From assembly GCA_051532055.1 (NCBI GenBank), contig JAOPTX010000008.1:32001-96000 (forward strand): a DNA stretch of 64,000 bases. Reading direction: 5' to 3'. Position numbers and translations under genes: made by a program. Origin of the DNA: Fibrobacterales bacterium (lineage in GTDB: Bacteria; Fibrobacterota; Fibrobacteria; Fibrobacterales; JAOPTW01). Below, piece after piece: positions 49,202-59,442 of this stretch; the first letter of the stretch is position 1; each line of letters opens with the position of its first letter. The notes beneath the pieces are model-generated. The model did no database searches. It was not told the origin of the DNA and was given only the letters and a program-made list of their open reading frames with translations.

Positions 49202-50273
49202 TTATACCACACTGCACAACATTTTTTTTAAAATCAAGTATAAAAGAAGATCCCTTTTTAGGTTCAGACTCTACAGTGACTCTCCCTTCATAATAATGCA
49301 TCAATTTTTTGACGATTGCGAGCCCAACCCCACTATCTTCTGAATGTGATGCAACCGTAGTAAACATTTTGAATATCTCTTCATGATATTCCTTTGGTAT
49401 TCCAGGGCCATTATCTGCGATAATAAAACGTTCATAGTTCTGCCCCCCCTGATATTCAACTGTCACTACCCCCATCTCACCGGCAGTGGTAATCATATAC
49501 TTTTCGGCATTAGAGATAATATTTTGAAATAGCTGAAGGAGATGGACTTTATTCGCATATAAAGAAGGGAAATTATTTACCTGAGTCATTCGAATTTTTA
49601 ATGATGTAGAAAAAACGTCATTTAATTCACCGAACAAGTCATTCATATCAACAATTGAGCGCTTACTCTCTTTACCCACTCTTGAATAGAGCAATACCCC
49701 ATCAATGAGACGATTCATTTGTTCAACTCTCCCACAAAGCATCCCCATCTGTTCCCGACCGTCATCATCAAAGAGATGCCCATAATCATCAATAATCCAG
49801 GTACTGAGCTGGAATATTGCACGAAGTGGTGCTTTAAGGTCATGAGAAACCACATACGCAAATTCATTTAAATCACTATTTATTCGCTCTAATTGAGCGG
49901 TACGTTCACCCATATTTTTATCAAAACCTTCATTTGCTCCTTGATACTTTTTCAAAGTCGCAACAAATCCAGCTCGCCCCCTACCAAGATCTATAGTGAC
50001 CAACAAAGGGACAGTACTACATTCATGAGCCTTTGGGTAACACACGACGCCTTCCCCAGACACAGCTATTTGATTGAGTAGTGAAACAGTCTCACCTCCA
50101 ACAAAGAGGTCTTCAAAGACCAGCCCCTCTCCTCCTCCCCCAAGAAGTGCCTGAGCGAATGGATTTGTATAAATCACCACTCCATCAGCATCCACTTTGA
50201 CTAAGCCTACGCCCGCATGAACGACCATTTCTCTAAATAATTCATTTTCGATATTATTCACCATTCTACCCAC
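49194..50273 (-). CDS. PAS-histidine kinase (COG4251-like kinase core)
   Basis: 'FAYVVSHDLKAPLRAI', 'QNIISNAEKY', 'DNGPGI', 'SGVGLAIVKK'. Confidence 0.9.
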   Translation of the reverse strand: MGRMVNNIENELFREMVVHAGVGLVKVDADGVVIYTNPFAQALLGGGGEGLVFEDLFVGGETVSLLNQIAVSGEGVVCYPKAHECSTVPLLVTIDLGRGRAGFVATLKKYQGANEGFDKNMGERTAQLERINSDLNEFAYVVSHDLKAPLRAIFQLSTWIIDDYGHLFDDDGREQMGMLCGRVEQMNRLIDGVLLYSRVGKESKRSIVDMNDLFGELNDVFSTSLKIRMTQVNNFPSLYANKVHLLQLFQNIISNAEKYMITTAGEMGVVTVEYQGGQNYERFIIADNGPGIPKEYHEEIFKMFTTVASHSEDSGVGLAIVKKLMHYYEGRVTVESEPKKGSSFILDFKKNVVQCGINV

Positions 50274-50407
50274 ATTAGCCTTCTAAAACACCCTCAAAAT
50301 ATGACCCGATTACCCAGTGAGTAACTCGAAAATCTAATATACTATTTATCGGAATAGAGGTGTGATCAAACCCACAATCAACTCAATTTTTGCTATTTTT
50401 AAAAACT

Positions 50408-51586
50408 ATGATACTAGATGGCAAAAAGATTCTTCTCGGAGTAACAGGCGGTATTGCTGCATATAAATCCTGCTTAATTTTACGAGAATTCCAAAAACTC
50501 GGTGCAGAGGTTCGTGTCGTCATGACTGATGCCGGCAATAAAATGGTAGGCTTTGAAACATTTCAGGCACTTACCAAACATCCTGTCTATATTGACACAT
50601 TTTCGGACCACCCTAAATCATTTTTTCAACATATCGATATTGCAAAATGGGCTGACGTGTATCTCATTGCTCCTTGTACTGCAAATACTATTGCAAACAT
50701 TGCACATGGTAATGGCTCTGATAGTGTTTCACTGAGTTACCTTTCGACGAGCTGTCCAAAAGTAATTGCCCCTGCAATGAACTCAGATATGTATGCACAA
50801 CAAGTCGTTCAAGATAATCTAAAGAAACTTGAAGAGTATGGTGCAATCATTATTGATCCTGAATATGGCCGCATGGCTTGTGGTGATCTCGGTCCAGGCC
50901 GACTCCCGGCAATAGAGACCATTGTTGATGCTACTATTGACATACTGCTCCCTCCTCCCATTAAGGGCCAAGTGTTAATCACTGCAGGACGGACCGAGGA
51001 GTCTATAGATACCGTTCGTTACATTAGTAATAAAAGTAGTGGAAAAACTGCTGTTGCTATTGCCGAAGCTTTTCGTAGTGATGGTTACGCTGTTACAGTT
51101 GTAAAAGGCCCTATGGAGGTAAGACTCCCCCATTATATTGATTCTATTCCTGTAACAACCGCGCAGGAGATGTTTGAAGCGACTACTTCATTCGAAGCAG
51201 ATGTCTATATCATGGCTGCAGCAGTTGCAGATTTCCGTGTAGCGTCTCCAAGTAATCAGAAAATCAAAGGAAGTGCTGATCTTACAGAATTAACCTTAGT
51301 ACGCAATCCCGATATTCTTGCCCATGTTGCTGAGCATCGCACTGAAGGTCAAAAAGTGATAGGCTTTGCCCTGGAGACAAACAACCCTATCGAGTACGCA
51401 TGTGTTAAACTTAATGCTAAAAAATGTGATGCCATTTTTGTCAATACACCCATACAAGAAAAATCAGGGATCGGTTTTGATTCCGCAGAAGGGGCTCTCG
51501 TTACCCCTCAATCTATACCTGATACACTTACACTTATGGGTAAAACAGCAATTGCTCAAACCTTAGTGGATTTTTGTAATGGATGA
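50408..51586 (+). CDS. coaBC: Phosphopantothenoylcysteine decarboxylase/ligase
   Basis: 'GVTGGIAAYKS', 'PAMN', 'ACGDLGPGRL', 'VRYISNKSSGK', 'AAVADF', 'GFALET'. Confidence 0.96.
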   Translation: MILDGKKILLGVTGGIAAYKSCLILREFQKLGAEVRVVMTDAGNKMVGFETFQALTKHPVYIDTFSDHPKSFFQHIDIAKWADVYLIAPCTANTIANIAHGNGSDSVSLSYLSTSCPKVIAPAMNSDMYAQQVVQDNLKKLEEYGAIIIDPEYGRMACGDLGPGRLPAIETIVDATIDILLPPPIKGQVLITAGRTEESIDTVRYISNKSSGKTAVAIAEAFRSDGYAVTVVKGPMEVRLPHYIDSIPVTTAQEMFEATTSFEADVYIMAAAVADFRVASPSNQKIKGSADLTELTLVRNPDILAHVAEHRTEGQKVIGFALETNNPIEYACVKLNAKKCDAIFVNTPIQEKSGIGFDSAEGALVTPQSIPDTLTLMGKTAIAQTLVDFCNG

Positions 51587-52460
51587 TTTGACCCTTCAAG
51601 ATATTAACGCGTATCTCACTCTTGAAGCTGAGCTCTCATGTGATGAACTGATATTTGACGAACCTTTTTCGCTAAAAGAGATCACGCCACTGCAGTCCGC
51701 CGGCCCATCCACGCACTCTGAAACAACTGTAGCACCACCTTCACAGTCTCAAAGTGAGACTCAACGGCCTCTATCTATGGAACAAGTTGATCCAGCCGAA
51801 TCTACAGTTGTCGAAGATTCGAGTCCAAAAAAAATAGAAGCTAAAATAGAGGCACCACCTTCTGCTGACCTTTTTGCAAAAACTGGCGGATGGAAGCCCT
51901 CACGCAATCAATTCGACACGAAGTCGTTTGAAAACGTAGCGGACATTAAAGCGTTCAATCAACAATGCTGGGAACACCCGTACTACAAATCGGGATCGGG
52001 ACACTCTCATTTACTCTTTGGACATGGTCCTCATAATTGTAGAGTGTTACTGGTAACCACGTGGCCATTTCAAGAAGATATCGGCCTAAAAGCCCCATTT
52101 ACTGGTCAAGATGGCGAACTTCTATCAAAAATGTTACACTATATTCAAGTAGAATTTAACATGTGTTATACTACATTTTTAAAAAAGATGCCTCATAAAG
52201 GGAGTTTCAAAGCTCGAGAACTCAGCTTTTTAAGAAAGTTACTGATACAAGAGATTGCATTGATTAAACCGGACTATATTTTAATACTGGGTAACAAATG
52301 TGGGCAGTTAATTCTTGAAACAGATGCCCCTTTCCAGCAACAAGGGACCACCTTTGCCGACAGGCCAACCTACATTACCTATCACCCACGAGAGTTAAGT
52401 GATAGTGATAAAAAACGAGAAGCCATGACACATTTAACTGCATTAGCACAGAACTTTTAA
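51579..52460 (+). CDS. Uracil-DNA glycosylase family-4-like protein, catalytic motifs degenerate
   Basis: 'PFTGQDGELLSKML', 'EIALIKPDYILILG', 'TYHP'; lacks GE(A/G)PG and the Fe-S cysteine pattern. Confidence 0.7.
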   Translation: MDDLTLQDINAYLTLEAELSCDELIFDEPFSLKEITPLQSAGPSTHSETTVAPPSQSQSETQRPLSMEQVDPAESTVVEDSSPKKIEAKIEAPPSADLFAKTGGWKPSRNQFDTKSFENVADIKAFNQQCWEHPYYKSGSGHSHLLFGHGPHNCRVLLVTTWPFQEDIGLKAPFTGQDGELLSKMLHYIQVEFNMCYTTFLKKMPHKGSFKARELSFLRKLLIQEIALIKPDYILILGNKCGQLILETDAPFQQQGTTFADRPTYITYHPRELSDSDKKREAMTHLTALAQNF

Positions 52461-52463
52461 TTT

Positions 52464-53867
52464 ATGGAATTTTCGAAAAAAGAATACACGAAAAACGAAA
52501 AAAGTACCAGCACGAACTATGGTGGAAAAATTCCTCCACAGGTGCTGAGTGCTGAAGAACATCTCCTTGGGGCTCTGCTGCAGGACACCAATGCCTTCCC
52601 TCTCTGTATTGATGCCCATATCCAAGCAAGTGATTTCTATCTTGAAAAAAATGGGGCTATTTTTGAAGTCCTTGAACGACTCTATAATGAGAGCCAGCCT
52701 GTTGATATTATTTTCGTCGAAGAGGGCCTAAAAAAAGATGGCACATTAGAGCTTGTTGGCGGGAAGGACTACCTCTTTGAACTTGTAACAAAAGTTGCAA
52801 CCTCTGCAAATGTCGGCTACCATTCAGAGCTCATTAAAGAAAAAGCACAGCTCAGAAAAATGATTGGCAGTTCAAATAAGATCATTACTATGGCCATGGA
52901 AGAGGGCGCTGATACAAACGAGGTTATTCAAGAGGCGGAAAAAGATATTTTTGCCCTCGCAGAACAACGTATCACCGGTGGTTTAACCCCTGTAAAAGCA
53001 ATTCTCAACTCGACACTCGAAATGATTGATAAATATAAATCTGATGAGATAACGGGTGTTCCTTCAGGATTTGATGATCTCGACAAAATAACCAATGGAT
53101 TACAACCGACTGACTTTATCGTAATGGCTGCCCGTCCTGGTATGGGTAAAACTTCATTCGCCCTCTCTATTTTAGCAAATTCATCAGTTACCTATGGAAA
53201 ATCTGTCGCCTTCTTCACATTGGAAATGGGCTGCGAACAGTTAGTACAGCGTCTTCTCTGCCTGAAAGGTCAGATCGATATGCACCTTCTCCGAACAGGC
53301 CGACTTCCTGCTTCTGAACACAAAAAAATACCCATTACAGCCCAAATGCTTGCGGAATCACCTATCTACATTGATGAGCAGAATGGTCTCACTATTGTAG
53401 ACCTTAAGTCTAAATGTCGTATTCTTAAAAAACAACATGGACTCGATATGATTATCATTGACTATTTACAGCTCATGTCTGGCCTCAAAAGCGCAAATAA
53501 CCGTCAAGAAGAGATTTCGCAAATTTCTCGGGGACTCAAAGAACTCGCAAAAGAACTGAAAGTACCTATTGTTGCTCTTGCGCAGCTGAGTCGTGACGTT
53601 GAAAAACGGGGACCCGGAGCAAAACCGCAACTCTCTGACCTTCGTGAGTCTGGTGCAATTGAGCAAGATGCTGATATGATTTGGTTTATAAATAGACCCA
53701 ATTACTATGATAAAGAGTTTGACCCAACCTTCGCAGAACTCATTATAGCAAAACACCGAAATGGTCCTACTGATACCATTAAACTCACCTGGATTGGATC
53801 GCATACTGGTTTCTATAACTATGCACCACCTGCAGATCAAGGCTATCAAGAGTACGAGGAATTTTAA
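52464..53867 (+). CDS. dnaB: Replicative DNA helicase
   Basis: 'PPQVLSAEEHLLG', Walker A 'AARPGMGKT', 'IDYLQLM', 'LSDLRESGAIEQDAD', 'KHRNGPT'; no intein. Confidence 0.98.
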   Translation: MEFSKKEYTKNEKSTSTNYGGKIPPQVLSAEEHLLGALLQDTNAFPLCIDAHIQASDFYLEKNGAIFEVLERLYNESQPVDIIFVEEGLKKDGTLELVGGKDYLFELVTKVATSANVGYHSELIKEKAQLRKMIGSSNKIITMAMEEGADTNEVIQEAEKDIFALAEQRITGGLTPVKAILNSTLEMIDKYKSDEITGVPSGFDDLDKITNGLQPTDFIVMAARPGMGKTSFALSILANSSVTYGKSVAFFTLEMGCEQLVQRLLCLKGQIDMHLLRTGRLPASEHKKIPITAQMLAESPIYIDEQNGLTIVDLKSKCRILKKQHGLDMIIIDYLQLMSGLKSANNRQEEISQISRGLKELAKELKVPIVALAQLSRDVEKRGPGAKPQLSDLRESGAIEQDADMIWFINRPNYYDKEFDPTFAELIIAKHRNGPTDTIKLTWIGSHTGFYNYAPPADQGYQEYEEF

Positions 53868-54658
53868 TGAATCAGTTTGCTCAATTCCTACTTTCACCAT
53901 TTACAATGCTCTCACAAGCATTTTATAGTGGTATTATCGGAATTGGCGAAGTACTTTACCTCTTTTTAGCCACACTCAAAAGATTTCCTCTTGTAGTTAA
54001 AAACCCTACTATGACTATTACCCAGATGATCAATATTGGTGTTTCATCTATTCCTCTCCTTTTTGTCACCTCAATTTTCACAGGAATGGTCGCTGCAATC
54101 CAGGTTGAATACCAATTTAGAGGGTTTGTCTCTGATGGTTTTATTGGAACGGGTGTCTGTAAGATGGTAATTATTGAACTCGGTCCTATGTTAACTGCTC
54201 TTGTCATGTCGGGTCGCGTTGGCTCTGCTCTTGCAGCCGAGATTGGCTCCATGAAAGAGAAAGAAGAACTTGATGCAATGGTCGTACTTAATCTTGACCC
54301 ACTCAGATATTTGGCTATGCCTCGTCTTATTGCCTTCATGATAATGATGCCCTGCCTCACCCTTATTTCTATCTATATTGCCCTAATAGGTGGGTGGCTC
54401 GTTTGTGTACTTGCACTGGATATGACTTCATACACCTACATGAATGGATTGACCAAGTTTTTCATCCCCATGGATGTTGTTGCAGCGTTAATCAAATCAT
54501 TTACCTTTGGAACGGTAATCTTTTTGATGGGATACTATCAGGGGACCCATGCTGGAGCTGGAGCTAAGGGAGTTGGGGAAGCGACGATGAAAGTCGTAGT
54601 TTCATCGAGTGTTTTGATATTGATATTTGATTTTATTATTGCACTCATTATGTTTTAA
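53867..54658 (+). CDS. mlaE: MlaE-family ABC permease
   Basis: 'ELGPMLTALVMSGRVGSALAAEIGSMK', 'GAKGVGEAT'. Confidence 0.9.
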   Translation: MNQFAQFLLSPFTMLSQAFYSGIIGIGEVLYLFLATLKRFPLVVKNPTMTITQMINIGVSSIPLLFVTSIFTGMVAAIQVEYQFRGFVSDGFIGTGVCKMVIIELGPMLTALVMSGRVGSALAAEIGSMKEKEELDAMVVLNLDPLRYLAMPRLIAFMIMMPCLTLISIYIALIGGWLVCVLALDMTSYTYMNGLTKFFIPMDVVAALIKSFTFGTVIFLMGYYQGTHAGAGAKGVGEATMKVVVSSSVLILIFDFIIALIMF

Positions 54659-54684
54659 TTTTTAGTACGAAGTGAAGGAGCCCT

Positions 54685-55470
54685 ATGCCCGGCGTAGAGA
54701 TCGATGAAAATGACATTATGATTGAGCTTAAACATCTTAAGAAGTCTTTTGGCACTCAAAAAGTTTTGAAAGATGTTTCCCTCGATATCCGTCGTGGTGA
54801 GACCATGGTGATTATTGGGCAATCTGGTGGTGGTAAATCTGTTATTCTCAAGCATATGATTGGTCTTCTTCAGCCAGATGGCGGCGAGGTCACTATTGAT
54901 AACCACACTATTTCTACACCAACGTATTTTGATACCAAAACTATCCGAAAAAAAATGGGAATGCTCTTTCAAAATGGGGCACTTTTCGACTCTATGAATG
55001 TTGGTGAAAACATTGCTTTTCCACTTCGGGAACACGATCGCTCTATTACCACCGAAGAGATTCAACAAATAGTAAACGAAAAGTTAATGCTTATTCACCT
55101 TAAACCAGAATTTGCGTCTAAAATGCCGAGTGAACTTTCTGGAGGTATGAAAAAGCGCCTAGCTCTTGCACGGGTAATTGCTCTCAATCCTCAGGTGATT
55201 CTCTATGATGAACCAACAACTGGCCTCGACCCTATTACTTCAGATGTGATCAATGACCTTATTATTGATATGCAGCAAAAATTGGGTGTTACCTCTGTAG
55301 TGGTAACTCACGACATGGTCTCAGCCTATAAAGTAGCCGACCGTATTGCCATGCTCTATGATGGTCACATGATTGCTAAAGGTACTCCAGACGAAATAAG
55401 GGCAACCAAAAACCCCTACGTCAAACAGTTCATTACCGGCCAACGTAAACTCCACATGCATCCAGCGTAG
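54685..55470 (+). CDS. mlaF: MlaF-family ABC ATPase
   Basis: 'GQSGGGKS', 'FQNGALFDS', 'LSGGMKKR', 'YDEPTTGLDP'. Confidence 0.9.
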   Translation: MPGVEIDENDIMIELKHLKKSFGTQKVLKDVSLDIRRGETMVIIGQSGGGKSVILKHMIGLLQPDGGEVTIDNHTISTPTYFDTKTIRKKMGMLFQNGALFDSMNVGENIAFPLREHDRSITTEEIQQIVNEKLMLIHLKPEFASKMPSELSGGMKKRLALARVIALNPQVILYDEPTTGLDPITSDVINDLIIDMQQKLGVTSVVVTHDMVSAYKVADRIAMLYDGHMIAKGTPDEIRATKNPYVKQFITGQRKLHMHPA

Positions 55471-55584
55471 CGCGAATAGCGGTACGCACAAGGCTTAACC
55501 CGAATAGGATTAAGCATAAAAGCGTAACACGAGTAGTGTTATGTATAAAGGCTGCATCACAAATAGTGTAAAATGTTAGAGTAA

Positions 55585-56565
55585 CTAACGCTCTAAAACT
55601 TTTGCAGCGTCTACAGCAAAATAGGTCCAAATCACATCAGCACCTGCACGTTTAATTGAGAGTAGTGATTCCATCATCGTACTTTCACGATCGAGCCACC
55701 CTTTTTCAGCGGCAGCACACACCATTGAATATTCTCCACTCACGTTATACGCTGCAACAGGAATATCGAATGTCTCTTTTACCACATGAATTATATCGAG
55801 GTAGCTGAGTGCTGGCTTCACAATGATTGAATCTGCCCCTTCAGCAATGTCGAGTTCGACTTCTCTGAGAGCTTCACGTTTATTGGCTGGATTCATTTGG
55901 TAAGTCTTTTTATCACCGGCTTTAGGTGCAGAATCTAATGCATCTCGAAACGGGCCATAAAAAGCTGAGCAATATTTTGCAGCATATGACATTATACCTG
56001 TCTGAGTAAAGCCATCACCATCAAGTGTCGAACGGAGAGCACCAATTCTTCCATCCATCATATCAGAAGGTGAAATAATATCAGCACCTGATTCAGCATG
56101 CATTAAAGCTTGTTTACACAAGACATCAACTGTTTCATCATTTAAAATAATTCCTTCAGATGAAACAATACCATCATGTCCATCAGAATTATACGGGTCA
56201 AGTGCAACATCAGTAATAACAATCAACCCAGGAAAAGCATCTTTTACGGCCTTAATGGCTGTAGGTACCAAACCATTGCTACTATATGATTCATCCGCAG
56301 TACTATTCTTCTTATCTTCTGGTACCGCAGGAAAGAGGGCAATTGCTGGTATTCCAAGCGATGCAATTTCTTTCAAGTATTTAAGAAGCTCATCGACTGA
56401 GAATCTAAAACATCCCGGCATCGCATCGATAGATTCACGTTTTCCACTTCCCTCCATTATGAAAAGCGGGAGAATAAAATCTTTAACAGAAAGACTGGTC
56501 TCTTGAAACATTGATCGCACTGCTGCGTTTACTCTATTTCTACGCATGCGGGTAGGAATTATCAT
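55585..56565 (-). CDS. hemB: Porphobilinogen synthase (Asp-rich, non-Zn type)
   Basis: 'DVALDPYNSDGHDG', 'SDMMDGR', 'FYGPFRDA', 'YNVSGEY'. Confidence 0.97.
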   Translation of the reverse strand: MIIPTRMRRNRVNAAVRSMFQETSLSVKDFILPLFIMEGSGKRESIDAMPGCFRFSVDELLKYLKEIASLGIPAIALFPAVPEDKKNSTADESYSSNGLVPTAIKAVKDAFPGLIVITDVALDPYNSDGHDGIVSSEGIILNDETVDVLCKQALMHAESGADIISPSDMMDGRIGALRSTLDGDGFTQTGIMSYAAKYCSAFYGPFRDALDSAPKAGDKKTYQMNPANKREALREVELDIAEGADSIIVKPALSYLDIIHVVKETFDIPVAAYNVSGEYSMVCAAAEKGWLDRESTMMESLLSIKRAGADVIWTYFAVDAAKVLER

Positions 56566-56669
56566 ATGGCACTCACTATACTATCACTGAATAATAATGT
56601 AGTTATTCATTAAAATGCTGTCAGGATTCACTGAGCAGTCAACAAAGAAATACCACAATTGATCGGGAA

Positions 56670-57092
56670 TCACTTACAGGATGTAGTGATCTCGTCCCAA
56701 TCGGGTAACCCTTCAATGACATCATAATTAGATGCATTCCTTTTAAGGTATATGATACCAGAACCATTGGTGAGAACAACATAGCGAGCAGGAACAATAG
56801 CGAGATACTTTTGTACTTGTAATATTAAGTCTTGATCAAGTGAGACTTCTGGTCGCTTACATTCAACGAGAAGTTCAAATAGAGGCATATGGCTATCCTC
56901 TGAAAAACGGGTGACCAACAGATCAACTCGATCATTACTCCCTCGTTTGAATCGAGAGAGTGACACTTCAACATCAATCGCTTGTGCTGGATATCCTTTT
57001 GAGAGAAGCCAACTGATAACTTGCTGGCGCACATATTCTTCAGGTGTCGCCACAACATGTTGTTTTCTTATAGGGTCGTATAACTCACTCAT
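56670..57092 (-). CDS. Stand-alone HsdR N-terminal (HSDR_N_2) PD-(D/E)XK domain protein
   Basis: 'DPIRK...TPEEYVRQ', 'RVD', 'LVECK', 'QVQKY', 'LTNG'. Confidence 0.85.
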   Translation of the reverse strand: MSELYDPIRKQHVVATPEEYVRQQVISWLLSKGYPAQAIDVEVSLSRFKRGSNDRVDLLVTRFSEDSHMPLFELLVECKRPEVSLDQDLILQVQKYLAIVPARYVVLTNGSGIIYLKRNASNYDVIEGLPDWDEITTSCK

Positions 57093-57558
57093 TGTTCATT
57101 TCATGCGCATGAAATGAATAGAGGTCTCGATAGTACCGTTCCAAATGTTTTTTACTTCTAAAACTATTTTTTACCTTGTGTCGAACATTCTCTCTCGTTC
57201 GAACCATACGATGTATCTTCTTAAATACTTCCGGAAAGAAGATATCATCGGCAACAGTTTTTACATGTCGGTCACTGAAAGAGAGTCCATATCTCCGCTC
57301 AAGTGCATCAAATATTCGAAATTCACACGTTGTTTCGGGGGTCTTTTTCTGGAGAACTCGAGTATAACATCTATTAATATAATCTTGCTTCTCTGCAATT
57401 ATCATATCATCAATTTCGTGAATTTGCTTGTCGATCGGTTGCCCAACACGCCACTTACCTATTGTTGGACTACACCCCATTACTACTAATAGCACTAGTG
57501 CTCCAATAAAAAGACGCTTTATATTAAAGCTCATATTCCTCCGCATGTCCGCTCTCAT
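57085..57558 (-). CDS. Hypothetical basic lipoprotein
   Basis: Lipobox VMGC; overlaps next gene by 8 bp. Confidence 0.6.
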   Translation of the reverse strand: MRADMRRNMSFNIKRLFIGALVLLVVMGCSPTIGKWRVGQPIDKQIHEIDDMIIAEKQDYINRCYTRVLQKKTPETTCEFRIFDALERRYGLSFSDRHVKTVADDIFFPEVFKKIHRMVRTRENVRHKVKNSFRSKKHLERYYRDLYSFHAHEMNNE

Positions 57559-57595
57559 CTAATCTAGCCCATTTGGCTGGTTGATCCAATGTAAA

Positions 57596-58714
57596 TTAAT
57601 TACTGTGGGCCGCGATTGCTTTTTTATAGATATCCAAATATTGGGGTAATATTTTTGATATAGAATAATTACCCATAACGTGTTTTCTCCCCTTTTGGCC
57701 CATTATTTTAACTTGCTCGGGGTTTTTAGCAATATAAAGACCTTTTTCAACTATAGCATCAATGTCCCCTACTCCACAAAGAAACCCATTTTCTCCATCG
57801 ATTACTACTTCAGGAAGGCCACCCGCATCAGATGTTATTACGGGAATACCACAAGACATACCTTCAATTGCAACGAGTCCAAAACTTTCTTGTTCTGATG
57901 GGCACAATATGACGTCAGCGAGTTTTATTACTGACACAATATCTTCTTGGTTTCCCAAAAACGTTACGCAATCACAGAGATCGTTTTCACGTACTAATCG
58001 ATGACACTCAGTAATTAAGGGTCCTTCTCCAGCAAGAAGTAGGCGAGTCTTTGGACATTCCTGATGAATTTTAATAAATGCCTTGATGGCATCTACGGAC
58101 CTCTTCACTTTTCTAAAGTTTGAATAGTGAAGAAAAACAGTATCATCACACGTTTTATGATAATCTTTAACCGTAAAAAGATCTGTATCTACAAAGTTAT
58201 AAAGGGTTTCAACTTCACGTTCAGTATTAAAAATTCTGTTCGTTTCATCGCGAAGATAGTTCGATACCGCCGTGACGACAGTACTTTTATTTATGGTAAA
58301 TCGAGTAATATCATAAAATGAAGGATCTTTTCCTACTAATGTAATATCTGTCCCATGGAGCGTGGTTACAATGGGCATTTTTCGGGGCGCAATCATCTGC
58401 TGTGCTAAATATGCCGATGTTGCATGGGGTATCGCATAGTGTACATGTAGAAGATCGAGTTCTTCATTTTTATAAACCTCATTGATTTTATTAGCCAATG
58501 AGAGCGTATACGGTTGATTTTTAAAGAGTGGGTACTCCAACTGATCAACCTGATGATAGTATATATTTTTGCTAAAACCACTGTAGAGCCGTGGAGGCAT
58601 ATTGCTTGTGATAAAATGAATTGAGTGCCCCGCATCAGCGAGTGCTTTCCCCAATTCTGTAGCTAAAACGCCACTTCCACCAAATGAAGCATAACAGACA
58701 ATTCCTATTTTCAT
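57596..58714 (-). CDS. bshA: N-acetyl-alpha-D-glucosaminyl L-malate synthase
   Basis: 'MKIGIVCYASFGGSGVLATELG', 'HVHYAIPHA', 'TTLHGTDITLVG', 'SNFRKVKR', 'ESFGL'. Confidence 0.95.
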   Translation of the reverse strand: MKIGIVCYASFGGSGVLATELGKALADAGHSIHFITSNMPPRLYSGFSKNIYYHQVDQLEYPLFKNQPYTLSLANKINEVYKNEELDLLHVHYAIPHATSAYLAQQMIAPRKMPIVTTLHGTDITLVGKDPSFYDITRFTINKSTVVTAVSNYLRDETNRIFNTEREVETLYNFVDTDLFTVKDYHKTCDDTVFLHYSNFRKVKRSVDAIKAFIKIHQECPKTRLLLAGEGPLITECHRLVRENDLCDCVTFLGNQEDIVSVIKLADVILCPSEQESFGLVAIEGMSCGIPVITSDAGGLPEVVIDGENGFLCGVGDIDAIVEKGLYIAKNPEQVKIMGQKGRKHVMGNYSISKILPQYLDIYKKAIAAHSN

Positions 58715-59442
58715 TAGTATGGATCTCCACTTAAAGACGTTAGGTCTTGTACTTCAGCGAGTTCTCTACACCAGAATCCCTCAGCTTGTTTACTTTTAAT
58801 TCTCGTCCCCAGCATTCGTGCACGAGACTTTATAAAGTCCATAAACTCTGGTGATGAAATGTCAGTCTTACCTTCAAATGCTTCTGATTGTTCAGTATGA
58901 AATTGAGATTTGTATTCCATAAGGGCTGCTATTTTGGTTTCAAACTGCTTTGAGATATCAATACAAAAAGTTGGTTCAAACCACACTGGCCCCATAAAAT
59001 GAAAGAGTCGTTTTGGTCGAAAAGGCTCGAGTTCAGGCATCAAAGATTTAAGCCCAGATTTATAACAAGCTGCTTTAACGATCTCTCCAGTTGTGTAATG
59101 GTCTGGATGGTAATCATCAAAATAGTGTGTAAGAACCACGGTTGGTCGGTAAGTTCGGAGAGTACGAATTACAGTTTCTATAGTCTCATCAGTTACTGCA
59201 AGGTGCGCATCATGAAGTTTTAAATTGATTCGAGTGAGCTGCCCATCTCCCAATACCTTCAATGCATTTTCAGCTTCTAACCCACGCTGTGCAGGGGTAC
59301 CCCGTGTTGCAGCAGTAGGTTCAGTCATATCGACAATAATCCCACGCTTTCCTTCAGCACACATTTTAGCAATGGTTCCTCCGGCACATATTTCTACATC
59401 ATCAGCATGGGCTCCAATCGCCATAAAATCTATCTGTTCCAT
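58714..59442 (-). CDS. bshB1: Bacillithiol biosynthesis deacetylase
   Basis: 'AHADDVEICAGGT', 'TRGT', 'HPDH', 'YKSQF'. Confidence 0.92.
   Translation of the reverse strand: MEQIDFMAIGAHADDVEICAGGTIAKMCAEGKRGIIVDMTEPTAATRGTPAQRGLEAENALKVLGDGQLTRINLKLHDAHLAVTDETIETVIRTLRTYRPTVVLTHYFDDYHPDHYTTGEIVKAACYKSGLKSLMPELEPFRPKRLFHFMGPVWFEPTFCIDISKQFETKIAALMEYKSQFHTEQSEAFEGKTDISSPEFMDFIKSRARMLGTRIKSKQAEGFWCRELAEVQDLTSLSGDPY

Noticed and set aside
52464..53867. Intein in DnaB
   Set aside because: Normal length (467 aa) with contiguous motifs
53466..55068. Minus-strand ORFs of 134-144 aa
   Set aside because: Antisense to dnaB, mlaE and mlaF; no independent features
56670..57092. Type I restriction-modification system
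   Set aside because: Only a solo HsdR N-terminal domain; no hsdM/hsdS or helicase, and the nearby MTase lacks DNA-MTase motifs
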